DNA of 64,000 bases, from contig OX597831.1 of NCBI GenBank assembly GCA_951406725.2, positions 24,242,001 to 24,306,000 on the forward strand, read 5' to 3'. The notes under the pieces are model-generated. The model worked only from the letters and a program-made list of their open reading frames with translations, made no database searches and was not told where the DNA came from. The translations under genes were made by a program, and so were the position numbers. This document shows positions 38,519 through 50,880 of this stretch, one piece after another. Source of the DNA: Octopus vulgaris. Its lineage: Eukaryota. Each line of letters starts with the position of its first letter. Position 1 is the stretch's first letter.

Positions 38519-41264
38519 CATACACATATATTTATACAGACATACACACATTATATATGCACCATTCTTTTTTTCTGATATTAACCTGTAATGTCTTTTA
38601 TTTGAGCAGTTTTTGTTTCATTTTGCTTTACGATTTTATTCTTTTAAAGAACTTTTCGAATAAAATAAAAGATAAAATTTAGATATATTATTTTCCTGAA
38701 ATAAGTAGATTATTTCCAATGAATAAAAGAATACTTTTATCATTTATGTATGTTAAACATAGTTGGATACAACTCTGACTAAAAATTTCAAGAAAAAAAT
38801 AAATTAGCATTTTTTGTGGTTATATTTTCATATTCTAAATATCTTTTCAAATTTCTGTTTAAAAAATTTTTTCATTCATATTATGGCTTTAGTCATTGGA
38901 CTATGGATATGCAGAGTTCTTAATTTGTAGTTGTTTGTATCAATCCCATTCCCCAATACCCAATCTGTTACCATTTTATAGAATTTGTATCGAGTCGTAG
39001 AGACCAAATGTAAACAGACTATGGAACCTGTTACAGCCCCTGACCCTACCATTTCCTAGCAAGGTATCCAACCTATACCAGCATGGAGAATGAACACTAA
39101 ATGATGAGAATGATGAGAATGGTGGTGGTGGTGGTGATGATGACGATGATGATGATGATGATGAGAATTACAAAGCTGATCTGGGTGTGAAGAGATATAA
39201 TTTTGTATGGGGTTAATAGAAGCTATTTTCTGCTTGCCACACTCATTCTGCCTGCCACTTGTAACATCTCAGATGTAGGTGGCAGTCCACATCGTCAGAA
39301 GATAACTAATACACAGGCAGGCAGAAGTATTATAGCCAATCAGCAAATATAAAATGCGAACCAATGAATGGACACATGCATGAGACCACAATCCCACTAG
39401 CAAATATAAATATCCCACTAAAACTGAGTTGTAGCAGTTCTCACCTGAAGATTGCAGTGGCATGAAATTAGAATTGTGAAATTTAAAAAAAATAACTTTC
39501 AGTAAGCTAGATGTGAATGTGTGTGTATGTGAGTGTGTTTCATTTTTATATTGTTTTTCTCATGCTTGCTTTGGTGGCTAGGAATCATACTTATACATTT
39601 TGTTGTGGTCTCTAACAAGAAGCAGCCAAGGACATCAACCCAAGACATTTCTCTGTCTTCTAATGGCATGATGTCCTTCCTGTCATCAACACCTTTGAAA
39701 CATGAACTGGTTGTATATTTTCTCATGCCACTGACAGTAGAAAGGTTACATGTAGCAAAACTAAAGACTTCCCTCAGCCAGCAGAGTGAGTTTCCACATG
39801 TTTGTGTGAGTGAATATCACCCATGAATGGAAATGTGCATGCGTATAGGTTTCCAAATACCTGTGTGTATCTCTGGATGAATGCACATGTATGGGTTACT
39901 ATGTATTTGTACCTTTGTATGTGCATGTATCAACATGTATCTGTAAGTCTAATATATATATATATAAGTGTTGCATTTGTATAAGAGTTCTGAGGTGTGT
40001 GTTTGTGTGTGTGCGCATGAATATGTGTATGTATTTAGATGCAAGTGTGTATGTGTGTAGATATATTTGAATGTGAGTCTTGTGCATGTGTATAAGTCTG
40101 CATTATTCATCAGTCAATGTCTACTGTACTCTTATGTACTATATTGTAACTGCTTCGATAATTAGTATAAAAATTGCATAAAAGAAAAAGAACAAAAGCA
40201 TAAAACACCAATTAATTACATAAATGAAATATAATAAAAGCAAAACAAGGCAAAAATGAAAAACAAACAGAAAAAAAAAGAAGACCCAGCAAAACTCAAG
40301 ATAGCTACAAATTATATATACAACCTAAAAGAAGAAATTAAAAATAACTACAAACAATTAAAATCACAAAAATAAATCTTCCAAGAAGTAACAAGCAACA
40401 ATTAAAAATAAAAAATTAAAAAAAAGAACAGAAAAAAACACAAAAAATTCCCTGAACTACAAAAACCAAAATAAAAAGAATATAAAAGTTTAAAAATACA
40501 CCAAACAACAAAAACAACCTTTAAAATTAAAAGGTAGATAAGAACAAAAAAGCTATAAAAAAAAAACACGTAAAAAGCCCCCCAGTCTAAGAAACTCTGG
40601 TTGTTTGGTTTGATCTAAGTAAAGACATCCAACCAAAAATGTTACAAACCAATCAGTCACTTTCATTTACTTAGTCACTCAGATGTTCTTTCATTTGTTT
40701 TTTCTGTGTGTTTTCTGTGTGTTTTTTTGGGGTTTTTCTACATTCCTGGCACTGATCACTGTTTAGCTGCAAGGAACAAACTTCGTGGAGTTTTTTTTGA
40801 TTTTGCTTTTTTTGTTTTATTTATATAATTTTTCTGCGTGGGGAGGAGTAGGAGCTATTTTTATTTATCTTTGTATTTTTTTTTAATATTTCCTTTTTCT
40901 TTTTTTGGTTGTCTTTTTGTTCTTACAGACATTTTCAACACAAACTAATTTCATCTATGAAACGTAGTATTATATTTGTTTATTGCGTTCTAACAACCCG
41001 TCCATGCATTTATGTATGCGTATGAGAAATAGATGGACTATGTGACGGATATAGATGCCCATATATGTGTGTACACTTAAACGGACACACACATACATGT
41101 AGGGGTACAAATGAAGGATAAAAGAACATAGCACACACATTTATCTATCTGTCTAATAATCTAGCTGCACACACATATACATACATATATACACCCACAT
41201 ACATACAAACGTATTCATACACACACATACATATACATGCATACATACATTCATTCATTCATTC

Positions 41265-41486
41265 AAGGCGGCGAGCTGGCAGAAACCTTAGCACACCGGA
41301 CAAAATGCTTAGTGCTATTTCATCCGCTGTTACGCTCTGAGTTCAAATTCTGCTGAGGTCGACTTTGCCTTTCATCCTTTCGGGGTTGATTAAATAGGTA
41401 CCATTTACACACTGGGGTTGATGTAATCGACTTAATCCCTTATTTGTCCCCTCTATGTTTAGCTCCTTGTGTGCAATAATGAAATA
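41265..41486 (+). mobile_element. SINE family B
   Basis: Family match, followed by (TACA)n. Confidence 0.9.
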
Positions 41487-42265
41487 TACATACATACATA
41501 CATACATACATACATACACATACCTGAAAAGGAGAAATGAAGAAATAAAGAGAGGTAGTGAAAAATAGAAAGAAGGGTGATAAGTATATGGAGAGAGATA
41601 CAATATGTGTAGTACCAGTCAGAAACTAAGGTCAGATATAGGACAGCTATCATTCCAACACTTATCACACACTGTACTTTGCATCTGTCACATATTCATG
41701 CCATATCAGCTGTCAGTCCTGTTCATACTGCATAACCATACTAGAATGGACAGCCAATCAGTCACGCATCATAAAATCCACTTCAGAACAACTCCCATTT
41801 ATACACACCTCATCATCATCATCATCATCCTTTAACATCTATTTTCTATACTGGCATAGTTTGGATGTTTTGATCAGAACCTGAAGAGCTGCACTAGGTT
41901 TCTATAGCTGATATGGCTTGGTTTCTATGGCTGGATGCCCTTCCTTATGCCAACCACTTTACAGTATGTGCTGGGTGCTTTTAATCTGGCACTACATGAG
42001 CACTTTTACAAGGCACTAGCATGAGTGCTTTTTACATGTCACTAGTAAACAACTCTTGCAGATCAATCCCCTTCACCAGGGCTAGTGGCCTTATCACTTC
42101 TACTGGGGAAGACAGATCTCATGTCCATAAATAACATCTATCAATCGTGCATGCATCACATCCATCCATGACCACCACTGATTCTATATAGATCACATAT
42201 GCATAACAGGACAGCCACTGGTCCTGTCCCCATCATATATCCATCCTGGAAAAACTCCAACTCCT

Positions 42266-42672
42266 TCTTTTACTCTTTTACTTGTTTCAGTCATTTGACT
42301 GTAGCCATGCTGGAGCACCGCCTTTAGCCGAGCAAATCGATTCCAGAACTTATTCTCTGTAAGCCTAGTACTTATTCTATCGGTCTCTTTTGCCAAACTG
42401 CTAAGTTAGGGGGACGTAAACACACCAGCATCGGTTGTCAAGCGATGATGGGAGGACAAACACAGACACACAAACATATATACACACACACACATATGTA
42501 CATGTATATGACAGGCTTCTTTCAGTTTCCGTCTACCAAATCAACTCACAAGGCTTTGGTCGGCCCGAGGCTATAGTAGAAGACATTTGCCCAACGTGCC
42601 ACATAGTGGGACTCAACCCGGAACCATGTGGTTTGTAAGCAAGCTACTTACCACACGGCTACTCCTACGCCT
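42266..42672 (-). mobile_element. SINE family A
   Basis: Full match. Confidence 0.92.
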
Positions 42673-43699
42673 TCACACATTATTTCATAATTCTCTAAAT
42701 TGATCTTTGTCTCATGTCATTGATGTTTTTCCTTTCAATTAAGTTACTATAACACGCAAAAAATATTTAGAAAATATAGTATTTCAAGGCAGATTCACTA
42801 AATATATAAACCAAATATATAGTTAAATAATACTCAGGTAAAAATCTTGTAGAATGCTTATGTAAGGCTCATCCACAATTATTGGTTAGCTGATGTCATC
42901 ATACAGTGGAATTGCTACTGCTAATGGATATACATCAGGAATTCCATTGTAGCAATAGAGTTTATATAAAAATCTACATGATAGAAAATGGAATATATGT
43001 CAGTCTTTTTCTTAAATCACTACAATTGTTTCGACACATTTTTATACTTGTAGTACATTGGTAAGATGTTATGTAATCATTATTGTCCCTAAAATGCACT
43101 TCCTTGGGTGATTAGACATCTCTTTGATTTTGACTCCATACATATACACCATAGATTAAAGGAGAACCTCTCTATGATCCCAATGAGCCAATATATGAGG
43201 ATTTAAGCGTCAAAAACCAAATTATTAAGCTTATATAAGTTACATATCTATAAATTCATAAAATTGAAGATTTATTTTTCTCGGTAGAGATGCTTTGCAT
43301 AGGTTGTTACATGCATGTTATGCAACCTTGGTACTAAAATAGTCCACTACTCCTATTCTTTATAAATGGTTAGTCATTTAAAAGTAAAATTTAAAAAAAG
43401 CTTCCTTGTTGAATCATTCCAAGTCATAAGGGCTGGTTTCCTGGTTTCCATGGCATTTGTCTTCTCCACTGGGATGGAGTGCTGGTCCATCACTGATAAG
43501 GGTTACTCATTTTTGCCAGCTGAGTTAGCAGAAGCAATGTAAAATGAAGCATTTTGCTCAAGAACACAACGTGTCATCCAGTCCAGGAATTGAAACCCCA
43601 ATCTTACGGTCATCAGTCCAATACCCTAACCACTAAGCCAAGTGCTTTCATCATCTTTTAAAAGTAGCAACTAAAAGCTCTTAAACCATATACTAATAC

Positions 43700-44359
43700 T
43701 TATTTCTTTACTACCCACAAGGGGCTAAACACAGAGGGGACAAACAAGGACAGACGAACAGATTAAGTCGATTACATCGACCCCAGAGCATAACTGGGAC
43801 TTAATTTATCGACCCCGAAAGAATGAAAGGCAAAGTCAACCTCGGCAGAATTTGAACTCACAACGTAACGGCAGACGAAATACCGCTAAGCACTTCACCC
43901 GGCGTGTTAACGTTTCTGCCAGCTCACCGCCTTAAATATACTAATACCTTGAACATGAAGAGCAGGTTGGATGAAGTGAAATTACATTCAGTGTGTCTGT
44001 GGAGAGAAAAAAATTAGAATAAATTTCCTGGACTGAGCTTAAGCACAGAGGGGACAAACAAGGACAGACGAATGAATTAAGTCGATTACATGGACCCCAG
44101 AGCATAACTGGTACTTAATTTATCGACCCCGAAAGGATGAAAGGCAAAGTCGACCTCGGCAGAATTTGAACTCAGAATGTAACATCAGACGAAATACCGC
44201 TAAGCATTTCACCCGGCGTGCTAACGTTTCTGCCAGCCCATTGCCTTAAATATACTAATACCCTGAACATGAAGAGCAGGTTGGATGAAGTGAAATTACA
44301 TTCAGTGTGTCTGTGGAAAGAAAAAAATGAGAATAAATTTCCTGGACTGAGCTTAAGCA
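43700..44359 (-). repeat. Tandem duplication of about 315 bp: SINE B plus about 110 bp of unique flank
   Basis: aaatatactaatacc..gaacatgaagagcagg...ggactgagcttaagca occurs twice, each after a SINE B. Confidence 0.92.
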
Positions 44360-44878
44360 TAACTCTACTTAATCAGGGCTAACATGGTGTTATAATACAA
44401 CAACCCCAGAGAAATTCTCTGCCCAGACACAACTCGTTATCCCATCGTTCATTAGCTACAAATATAAACACAATTATACAGACATTGTGTGCACACGCAT
44501 ACATAAACAATTCTAACGTTGCTAAGAAATTTTCAATTGAATTGAAAACTCAAATATCAAATGTTGCCATCAGATATTTTTGTCTTCGAGTAGTTAAATA
44601 GACACAATATAGAGAGTTTTGATCTACCGACATTATTGTCTCTGGTACTAACACACTCGACATACTTTTATCACCATAAGACTGTATCAGATTCACTTCA
44701 GATTTCATCAGATAAAACAAGAGCAAGTATTTTATAGAAAATAATCTTTACATTACAACATATGTGGATGTGTATATATATATATATATAAATGAAAAAT
44801 TCAAATAACAAATGTTGCCAGAAGATATTTTTCCATTTTCAAGGAGTTCACTACATACATTTATATATATACACATAC

Positions 44879-44953
<75 letters not shown>

Positions 44954-45409
44954 AAGAGGGAGAGAGAGAGAGAAATAGAGAGATATAGAAAATAATCATA
45001 TCAGACAAGAATGACAAAATATGAAGACAAACAATGCAAACAAATTAAGATACAGCAGATATACATCACATACCAATTGTAAAAGATGTGTAGACGTGTA
45101 TAAGACTAATTGGTTGTTGGTCAGAAGTGACTAAAATGTGTGGACGACATTTTCAGAGTCTTTTTTTTTTTTTGGTGTCTCTTGGCAAATTCTTTAATTC
45201 CATTCAAACCAATTGATTCAAATTGTCTGCATGAATATGACAAAGTAGCTTCGATGATAAATACAGGAATACATTTAAACTTGTATTGTGTTCTAGGAGG
45301 TTCTCTATGCTACACAGCAAATTTGAACTGAGACTAATTTCATAAATATTAGTAGAAAAAAACGTGTGTGCCACTGAAGCTTCCATCATGCTCTTGGTGC
45401 CAGTGCCCA

Positions 45410-45783
45410 TATATGATTGATCGCTAGCCACCAAACCTTTTTTTATTTTCTCTCTCTGCTTATTTCTGTGTTCTTTTCTGATGAAGATCATAGGCTCAAA
45501 ACACACCTATCATAGTCTTTTTTTTTTTTTGTAAGCTCCAACTATATATATATAGTGTTAAAACAATTGTAGTGATTTCAATATGTGACCGTGTGTGTAT
45601 GGTTGGCAATTTTCTTTCTCCGTCTTCTCTTCTTTGAACTTTTTCTATATTCCTGATGAAGAGCTCCGCTCGAAACGTGAAATCCTCTTTCTTTTCTTTC
45701 CTTTCCTGAGTGTCCAATAACACTGTACTTATTCCACGTCCTCACGTCGTGGTTTTTCTTGCTTGTTCATGTTTGGATTGAGT

Positions 45784-45822
<39 letters not shown>

Positions 45823-46135
45823 GTAGGTGGCTTTTAGCAGTTAAAACCTAAAGGCAAATTTTTCAACATCAGTAAAGGGACAAGGGTACAAAGTAAAACC
45901 AGCATCGCTAGAAATAAGTGTCAAAATTGCTTAATTAGCCACAAAAAGCACTATCTTAATAATTTCATGAAGGTGAGGAAGGACAGGAAGCTCTGTACAG
46001 TAGTGAGGCTAGCTCCCTACTAAAGTAGCAGATGTACCGATATCACATGATTTCGAATTCTGATGCATTGCATCTCAATTCTCATCAGTGGATCTTACTA
46101 AACCTAGGGTTAAGGTTAACACACCTCATCAACTC
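45410..46135. mobile_element. Stack of PLE-like elements: E1 fragment, E2 copy (45580-45785, +) and a third family (45820-46135, -)
   Basis: CTGATGAagagctccgctcGAAACGT at about 45653; minus-strand hammerhead at 46031-46095; (TA)n junctions. Confidence 0.7.
46031..46095 (-). ncRNA. Type I hammerhead ribozyme motif
   Basis: CTGATGA gaatt-ga-gatgc-aat-gcatc-ag-aattc GAAA tca-tg-tga TA; AUA triplet; stem I is weak. Confidence 0.6.
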
Positions 46136-46142
46136 ATATATA

Positions 46143-46587
46143 CAGAAGTTGGACAAAATAATGGAAACACCTGGCATTATATCACCATAATTTTGAAATA
46201 TCTAAAAGCCGTCAAAAGCTTATTTATTTTTGTTTTTTGCTTAACTTGTTTTGCTAAAATTGCTGTTCCTTTTCAGATATTATTCTAGTGAAGTTGAGCA
46301 TCTTATCTGGCTGCCACAGTCCCCAGATCTCAATATTATTGAACATTTATGGTGCTTTTTATAAAAACAAGTAAGGAGTCGATATCTTCCACCATCATTA
46401 CTGCAAGAACTGGAGACTGTTTTAGCTGAAGAATGGACAAAAATTCCTTTGGAAATAATTCAAGCTTTGTACAAGTCCATACCTAATAGAATTCAAGCTG
46501 TAATCACTGCCAAGGGTGGTCCTACCCTATATTATAATTAATTTGTTTGAAATTTTAAGGTATTTCCATTATTTTGTCCAACCCCTG
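46143..46587 (+). mobile_element. Internally deleted Tc1 element with transposase C-terminal remnant (about 46290-46541)
   Basis: TA-flanked TIRs cagaagttggacaaaataatggaaacacct / aggtatttccattattttgtccaacccctg; WLPQSPDLNIIEHLW..*..EEWTKIP...RIQAVITAKGGPTLY. Confidence 0.95.
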
Positions 46588-46812
46588 TATATATATATAT
46601 ATACATATATATATATGTATATATATATATATACATATATATAAACATATATGCATATTATATAATATACAAACATATATATGTACATATATATATAAAT
46701 ATGTATGTATATATAATATACAAACATATATATAGATATATATATAAGGATGTATATACATATGCATGTGCATAAATGTGTATGCATATACAGACACGTG
46801 TATATAAATATG

Positions 46813-46875
<63 letters not shown>

Positions 46876-47930
46876 TCAGATACACCTGACATACATTATG
46901 CATTGTTATAAATCTGTCTAATAAAGGCCCGAAACATATGTACCGCTGAATCCTTGGCATCATGTTTTTATTTTGATCAATTTATTTTATATATATATAT
47001 ATACACATAGATATACATATATATGCATATTTGTATTTACTAAATATGCATATATACATATACATATGCGTATTTATGTACATGTTATGCACATATGCAT
47101 ATATGCATTTATACATCTGTACATGTAGATGTTTATCTGTGAATAGTAAAAAGTAGTGTTTTTACATACAGAAAACCTTTAAATAGTGAATGCATAAATG
47201 TGTACAAGTGTTGTATGTAATATTCATTATCATTTCATTGGCAGCGAATGAAATGATAATCAAATATTTATGTGTGTCTCTATGTATATTTATATACATG
47301 CATGCACGCGTATACTCACACATCATCATCACCATCATCATCATCATCAACATAACATTATGTCCACATACCTCGCTAGCACAAATAATACACATAATGC
47401 CTATACATACAAATACACACACACACATGCACACATTCATATGTGTATGTATATGTGTGTATGTGTATCCATACATTCACATATGTATAAACTTAATTAT
47501 AGTTAACTCTTGTCCTTATAAGAATCCAAATGAAGATTTTGTTTGTATTAATAAAACTTCCAGTCAAGCTCTCATCATCATCATTAATAATTTTGTGAAT
47601 AACATTATGCATTGCATTTCTAACATCTAAATATGTTAGAAATGTGATACTTCATGTTATACATAAATTATTCATGACTATGAGATCTTAGATTTCACCT
47701 TACAACATCAATATTTTAGGAAAGGGTGGCTTTCATTATTAAATGCATATGGCATAACACACTGTGAAGCACAAAAAGTTACATAAGTTTAGCATCATTT
47801 GGTTTAATCCTCCTCACACTCAGAATGTAACATTCAATGTAAGAAAAAACATTTTAAGCCTCATCGAGGGCTATTTTTCAGTTAGTCACTGATGTATCCA
47901 ACCCATGCCAGCTTGGAAAATGGACATTAA

Positions 47931-48149
47931 CCCTTTAGTATTTAAACTGGCCATATCCGGCCAAAATATTTAATCTGTTTTATGTTCAAACTGACCAGAT
48001 CCAGGCCCTCACACCTACCCTACAATGTTATTCTACATTAGGTAATTACACCATCAAGATCTTGAAGATATGAGATAATGCATGATTAATTCAAATCAAT
48101 GGGAATCAATAAGCATTATGTTTGATAGAATAATCTGAACACTAAAGGG
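47931..48149 (+). mobile_element. piggyBac-like MITE P2 inserted at the TTAA before a family C (GAT)n tail
   Basis: TTAA|CCCTTTAGT...ACTAAAGGG|TTAA. Confidence 0.88.
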
Positions 48150-48729
48150 TTAAATGATGATAATGATGATGATGATCACAAACTTTTCTACAAGAACTCA
48201 CTGAAAATTAGCTACAACTGTTGTAGCAGCCTCAGTAATCCAATTTCTGATATCATCAGAAGAAATTATATCATGAGGCCTCTATGATCTAACCACCCCC
48301 AATTCTTTTGTGCCACCATAAACTCAAGCCAATTTAATGGAAAATGTGACAGAATGGAGTTAATATTTTGCACAGGAACAAAATTGGCAGATAATTCTAA
48401 ATAAACTTCTAAATGACGAGCAGTGTGTTTCTTTAAGTATAGTTACACACAGCATACATATACTTTTAAGAATGCAAAGAAAGAAAGATTGCTTCTCTTT
48501 CACGGTACTTAATGAAGGTACTGCAAGCATTACATTACTGAGTTACAGTGAATGAAATTACCAAACCATCTTTTGGAAGATCTAGATATTCTGTTTACAT
48601 AGTTGTGAAGAGTTTTTCATATTTTCTCTTACCCTCAAATTGTGAAATTCTTGGAATTAAAGCATATCAAGATGTTGTTACCAAAATTAGTCTGTAGAAT
48701 TTTAGTGTACCTACCTGCTAAATATATTG

Positions 48730-48935
48730 TAGGGAGAGTTCACGAAAAAAAAACAAAAGACGAAGACAGGTGGTGTATAAAACAAACAGATATATTAGTA
48801 TAAAGCTCAGGAATAGAAAAAGTCTTTTATGTTTTGAGCCTACACTCTTCTACAGAAAGGGACACAGAAAAAAACAAGGAGAGAAACAAGGAGAGAAAAA
48901 AATGTGTGTAGTGGCTACTGATCTATCATGGCGAC
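48730..48935 (-). mobile_element. PLE-like hammerhead element E1
   Basis: Homologous to 23058-23252; core CTGTAGA. Confidence 0.75.
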
Positions 48936-49217
48936 TATAAGTTTTATAGGCAGAACTATTTTGAAATTCTTTGATCATTTTTCAAATTTCCTTGTCACCC
49001 TTTAAATATCCTATAAATATTTAGAGTTCTTACTTCCAGCTTACATTTTTGTGTCAAAATCTTTTGGCTATCCAAGTTTTGTTTAAATATATTTTGCTGG
49101 AGAAATGAAAATGACTGGTAAACTTCCTCTTTCCCCATAATTAGAAATACAATTCGATTCTACTTTTGTTTGCTATATCTTGAACATCATCTTATTTTTA
49201 TTTATTTAAGTACTTAT

Positions 49218-49660
49218 AGGCGTAGGGGTGGCTGTGTGGTAAGTAGCTTGCTTATGAACTACATGGTTCCGGGTTCAGTCCCACTACGTGGCACCTTGGG
49301 CAAGTGTCTTCTACTATAGCCTCAGGCCAACCAAAGCATTGTGAGTGGATTTGGTAGACGGAAACTGAACGAAGCCCATCGTATATATGTATATATATAT
49401 AAATATATGTATGTGTGTGTGTGTATGTTTGTGTGTATATGTTTGTGTGTCTGTGTTTGTCCACCAACATCACTTGAGAACCAATACTGGTATGTTCTCG
49501 TCCCCTGTAACTTAGCGGTTCGGCAAAAAGAGACCGATAGAATAAGTACTAGGCTTACAAAGAATAAGTCCTGGGGTCGATTTGCTCGACTATAAGGCGG
49601 TGCTCCAGCATGGCCACAGTCAAATGACTGAAACAAGTAAAAAGAGTTAAAAGAATAAAA
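49218..49660 (+). mobile_element. SINE family A, full length, young
   Basis: ggcgtaggggtggctgtgtggtaag...gggttcagtccc...gtaaaaagag tail. Confidence 0.93.
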
Positions 49661-50373
49661 GTGTATAGCGATTCTTTCTGTCTTCTTTCCTTTCTCCAAT
49701 TCTTGCTTAAGATTTAATTTATTCCTTAACATCCTTGTATCTTTCTCACAAGCCATTACTTATATATTCATACAACTTAAGCATTCTTATTTACTTCAAT
49801 ACATTTTCATAAATATGTGCACTTTTTATTGTGCTCCCGTAACTTTACTCAATAAATGGTCTACTTTTTATTTCTACCTCTTCAGAGTCTTTTCTTCTTT
49901 TTCAATGCTCTTCTACCGTGTTCCATGAAGCTGTTTTTATTATCTCATTTCCAATCTACTGTCTTTCTTTCTTTGTTTTCTTTATTTTGCTTTTATTTTC
50001 ATTTAAAACTCATTAAATTTATATTTCCCTCTATCAACTTCGAAAATAAACCTTGTCTCAATGTTGCCTTTGTCTATTACTTGTTTCATCCTTATACTTA
50101 AATAACTTAGCATCAACAACCTTTTCAATAATTTAAATGTGATATTTTCATTAAACTGTTCCAAAATGAGAATATCAGTATTTATGAAACTAGTTTTCAC
50201 AAAATATGTAACACCTGCATAAAGATGGTATTCATAAACCAACATCAAAGTCATACTAATAAACGTCAATGACTAACTCAGTCTAACAACAGTGAAACAT
50301 TTCAGTATTGACTGCTGCAATGTTCTATATACTCATATATATATGCGTATGTTTGTACACACACATATATATC

Positions 50374-50660
50374 TCTTTTACTCTTTTACTTGTTTCAGTC
50401 ATTTGACTGTGGCCATGCTGGAGCACCGCCTTTAGGCGAGCAAATCGACCCCAGGACTTATTCTTTGTAAGCCTAGTACTTATTCTATCGGTCTCTTTTG
50501 CCGAACCGCTAAGTTACGGGGATGTAAACACACCAGCATTGGTTGTCAAGCGATGTTGGGGAGACAAACACAGACGCACAAACATATACACACACACATA
50601 CATACATATATACTTATATATAAATAAGTATACATGTACATACATATATCTATATCTAAA

Positions 50661-50698
<38 letters not shown>

Positions 50699-50880
50699 CA
50701 CACATACATACATATATACGACGGGCTTCTTTCAGTTTCCATCTACTAAATCCACTCACAAGGCTTTGGTTGGCCCAAGGCTATAGTAGAAGACACTTGC
50801 CCAAGGTGCCACGCAGTGGGAATGAACCCAGAACCATGTGGTTGGTAAGCATGCTACTTACCACACAGCCACTCCTACAC
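50374..50880 (-). mobile_element. SINE family A, full length
   Basis: Full match. Confidence 0.93.

Noticed and set aside
41516-41555. Minus-strand ttttcAG|GTATGT recursive-like motif
   Set aside because: The donor half is created by the (TACA)n tail of a SINE and it is on the opposite strand to 31906. It shows such motifs can arise by chance; revisit if the host gene is on the minus strand.
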